Shown here: in pieces, positions 38,602 to 41,821 of the stretch
Position numbering within the stretch: the first letter of the stretch is position 1
How the letters are laid out: every line of letters begins with the position of its first letter
Source of the DNA: Octopus bimaculoides
Taxonomy: Eukaryota
NCBI RefSeq assembly: GCF_001194135.2
Contig: NC_068988.1
Span: 58,356,923 to 58,398,743 of the forward strand
Direction of reading: 5' to 3'
Length of the DNA stretch: 41,821 nucleotides
Translations under genes and position numbers: made by a program
The notes under the pieces: generated by a model
Seen by the model: the letters and a program-made list of their open reading frames with translations, nothing else
Database searches by the model: none
Told to the model about the DNA's origin: nothing

Positions 38602-38833
38602 TGTATGTGTGTGTGCGTGTGTGTGTGTGTGTGAAAGTCTTTGTGAAAATTGCTTTATGCAGTTTTTAAGTATTGGGTCATCTCATAAATAATGCGTTTT
38701 TTAAATTGCATGAACTAAAAGTCGGAGGGGGACGGAATAATTGATACATATGTGTTGGTAATATAAATAAATGTAAACCAGCATATATGTATCAATTATT
38801 TTCGCATCTTAACCGATGCATCTATCTATATTC

Positions 38834-38884
38834 GCATTCTGAAGAGATTTACTTAAACCAGTAAATTGAAACGGTCGTAAATGC
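38834..38884 (+). ncRNA. Compact type I hammerhead ribozyme motif, sense to MAO pre-mRNA (intron 4)
   Basis: GCAUU-CUGAAGA-GAUUUACU(UAAACC)AGUAAAUU-GAAA-CGGUCG-UA^AAUGC; perfect 5-bp stem I, 8-bp stem II (G.U at 10.1/11.1), stem III ACGGUCGU self-complementary with G.U pairs. Confidence 0.86.
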
Positions 38885-38985
38885 TACCCTCATCTCCGCT
38901 TCTTCCTCCTTTGTTATCTACTTAATTAAAGGCATACCAGCGAAAACCAACAGTTTTCCATTGTTATTATATCCATTTTCTTTTC

Positions 38986-39025
<40 letters not shown>

Positions 39026-39156
39026 ATTTCGCTTAAACATTTCGTGACTAATAATCTGGTATATAATTCTATATACATATGCTTCAAAACATATAAGCAT
39101 ACGAATACATATAGATATGTATATAATATCTTATTATCTCATTATATTCTGTATAG

Positions 39157-39248
39157 ATCCCAATATCTGAACCATGGAAAGCTCCAAAAGCACAACTGTG
39201 GGATAAAATGACTTTGAAAGACTTTTATAATGAAACCATCTGGACAAA
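39157..39248 (+). CDS. MAO: Monoamine oxidase exon equivalent to vertebrate exon 5
   Basis: attctgtatag|ATC...AA|gtaagt; 92 bp, phase 0 to 2; IPISEPWKAPKAQLWDKMTLKDFYNETIWT versus MAOB [30 protein letters not shown]. Not in the ORF track. Confidence 0.95.
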
Positions 39249-39375
39249 GTAAGTAATCGGATATCTTAATATTTATATAGACTGCGTGCCTGTCTAGTTT
39301 TTTCACTCATGAAAAACCTATGCCATTTTAATCCCGAGCAAGGCCGGGTATCTCTGCTAGTATATATATGACACG

Positions 39376-39419
<44 letters not shown>

Positions 39420-39604
39420 NNNNNNNNNNNNNNNNNNNNNNNNNNNNNNNNNNNNNNNNNNNNNNNNNNNNNNNNNNNNNNNNNNNNNNNNNNNNNNNNN
39501 NNNNNNNNNNNNNNNNNNNNNNNNNNNNNNNNNNNNNNNNNTAGTTTGCTTCCTTGTAAGCTAGCAAATTGGTGTATGAGAAACGGAAACTGTGTAAAAT
39601 CTTG

Positions 39605-39648
<44 letters not shown>

Positions 39649-40724
39649 ATATATAATCCAAATAATAGATGATTGTAACGAATGATTAAAGTTGTGTTAA
39701 AGGATTTCTTGGTCTTATTATTAGGATTATAGTTTTCTCTTTGCCACCCTCACACAGCGGTTTTACCGTTGTGAAACCAGGATTTTCTACACTTGTAAAA
39801 TTTCGGTATTAGTCTGGAATCCAACTATGTTGATAGCGCAGAACTCAGGTCGAGTGCTTCTCTGGAATTACCCTACATTTATACGCTACGAGGACCTAAG
39901 TATATACTCGTATACATATACATATACATACGCGTGTGCGCACACAAACACGCGACAATCTTCCACGCAGTTTCCGTTAACCGAATTCATTAAGTTGACC
40001 TGAGGCTATAGTTGAAAAGAAAGGCTAAAGGCAGGAACATAGGAGATGGACATGAGGTGTTGGCTGACCACCGGCCATGTGAAATGAGGAGAGATGGGTA
40101 GGGGGCAGCGGGATTGAAGGATTAGAAAAAAATCAGAGACAAAGAGAAAGGTACAGGAGATATAAACGAGTTGGAAATAGTGGGAGTTAAAGAAAGAGAG
40201 GGCCAAGAAATGTGAGAGAGGGCGAGCGAGAAAAAAGAAGGAAAATGAGAGAGGGAATAAAAGATAGAGTAAGAGTCGTACAAGATTTAGATACATACCA
40301 TCTATAAGGTAGGCACAAGGGTGTACGTGCGCCGCTATATGTATATATATATCAATGGAATATATATAAATATATCAATGGAATTAACTATTTGTGTGTG
40401 TGGTGTGTGTGAGTGTGTGTGCGTGCTCGTGTGTATGCGTACGTGACAATCCAACAGGTCCTGACCTTATATGTAAAAGATGACATCATAAATTTGAGAC
40501 ACTATTTGACTCCGTGTCACATTGATCTTTGATTGTTGAACAAAAGGCTGTTTGTTCCACAGTTACTAATTAGCATTGTTAAGAGCAGTGTTTATATGTG
40601 ACTTATCTATGTGATGCCTCTGTATTACACGACCTTATGAGAAGAAGAGACGTATTGTTGTAGAGAGTTTTTACGCTTCGAAACATTGCGTCTACAGGCT
40701 CAATTTTATTGTGAACAGAATTAC

Positions 40725-40778
<54 letters not shown>

Positions 40779-41164
40779 AACATTCGCAGAAAATAAAAAA
40801 AATATTTTATTGTAGGTGATTGGTTGATATCAAATGATTAAAACTTTTAATGGAAATTAAGAAGAACGGAGAAAATTCTGCATGCAATAGGATCAAGTCT
40901 CCTGCCTGATGATATTGAGATTTCCCCTTTTTTTCTTCATCAAATTTCGAAAGCCTTATAGCAAAGTTACGGGTGCTGTCTTTCTTTTCTGTTCAAGACA
41001 AAGATATATTTAATTTGAGAACCGATTTGTTTATATTATGAAGAACTCTTAGAATTAGTCGAGTAAATGCTATACTTGGCAGTCAAATTTGGATGAAAAC
41101 AATAAAAGGTTTCATAGCTCACACCAATGGCGAATTGCCCAAGTTGTTAGAGTGTTGGATAAAA

Positions 41165-41265
41165 TTTCTCAAAATATTTGTTCCGAGTCTCTACCATTTG
41201 AGTTCAAATGTCGCCGAAGTTAACATTGCTTTTTGTTCTTTCGGGGTCGAAAAATAAAGTATCAA
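41165..41265 (+). mobile_element. SINE family C fragment
   Basis: TTTGAGTTCAAATGTCGCCGAAGTTAAC..CTTTCGGGGTCGAAAAATAAAGTATC. Confidence 0.7.
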
Positions 41266-41451
41266 TCGAGGGAGGTGGATTGATGAAAGTGTGTGAGGTT
41301 CAAGCAAGATGCCTTGCAGTATCTGCTCCGGATCTTACCACCCTGAGAGCAGCGTCTGCGGCAACTGGTGCCGAGCTGTATCGGCCCAAGTCGCCGGCCT
41401 TTATACCATACCAGTAGCACTAAATGTGACCTGGCCTGGCATGTGTGTATG

Positions 41452-41488
<37 letters not shown>

Positions 41489-41740
41489 AAGTAGAATGTT
41501 CTCTATGTGGCTTGTGTGTTTTCTCGTCTCTGTTTTGTTTGCAATGTCCTGTACCCAGATATGCACTTATACATACAGATGGATGTCGGTATGCACATAC
41601 CTGTACGTATATATGCATATACTCATTTACTATTTGTTTTTACATGATTGAACGCAGCGTCTCCAATTGTAAGTAGTTTTTCGTAACTTCATATTTTCCG
41701 ACGCTACTCTATTTCTTTCTCTTCCTCTATCATTTTTCCT

Positions 41741-41821
41741 CCCTCTCGTTCTTCCTCTTTACTACTACGTATCTCGCTTTACCCCTCTCGTTCTTCCTCT
41801 GTTACTACTACGTATCTCTTT
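41741..41821. repeat. 42-bp tandem repeat (2 units, runs off the window)
   Basis: CCCTCTCGTTCTTCCTCT(G)TTACTACTACGTATCTC at 41741 and 41783. Confidence 0.85.

Noticed and set aside
40901-40965. UGC-CUGAUGA...GAAA-GCCUUA-UA^GCA
   Set aside because: Core boxes present, but stem I is only 3 bp, stem II is poorly registered and stem III is non-palindromic; compatible with chance.
39249-41821. Search for MAO exon 6 (WFLWY..CGG motif)
   Set aside because: Not present; the candidate acceptor at about 40815 gives an immediate stop in the required phase.

Overview
Eukaryotic, AT-rich, microsatellite-dense genomic DNA with 14 N-gaps (about 4.5 kb in total). The SINE families resemble those of coleoid cephalopods, so the source is probably an octopus; this is an inference. 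The only host gene recognised is a + strand flavin monoamine oxidase (MAO-A/B type). Four internal exons are present (10356-10450, 25179-25316, 37324-37425, 39157-39248), corresponding to vertebrate exons 2-5. Exon 1 and exon 6 onward were not found. The rest is intron or flank filled with decayed mobile DNA: three Penelope-like (PLE) GIY-YIG remnants, a Gypsy gag-pol remnant, RTE and CR1/L2-type LINE pieces, Tc1/mariner remnants and many tRNA-type SINEs. The main hidden signal is RNA structure. Ten type I hammerhead ribozyme (HHR) motifs were read by hand on both strands, plus several decayed ones. They include (i) a canonical HHR just downstream of a PLE ORF; (ii) a recurring variant with a U.U opposition at the base of a long stem II, a palindromic 8-nt stem III and a GUA cleavage site; (iii) a co-oriented HHR pair that would release a 469-nt RNA; and (iv) an intact sense-strand HHR inside MAO intron 4. 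PLE-associated dimeric HHRs are already known. The density, the variant family and the possible effect on MAO pre-mRNA are what deserve testing. All folds are manual and untested.
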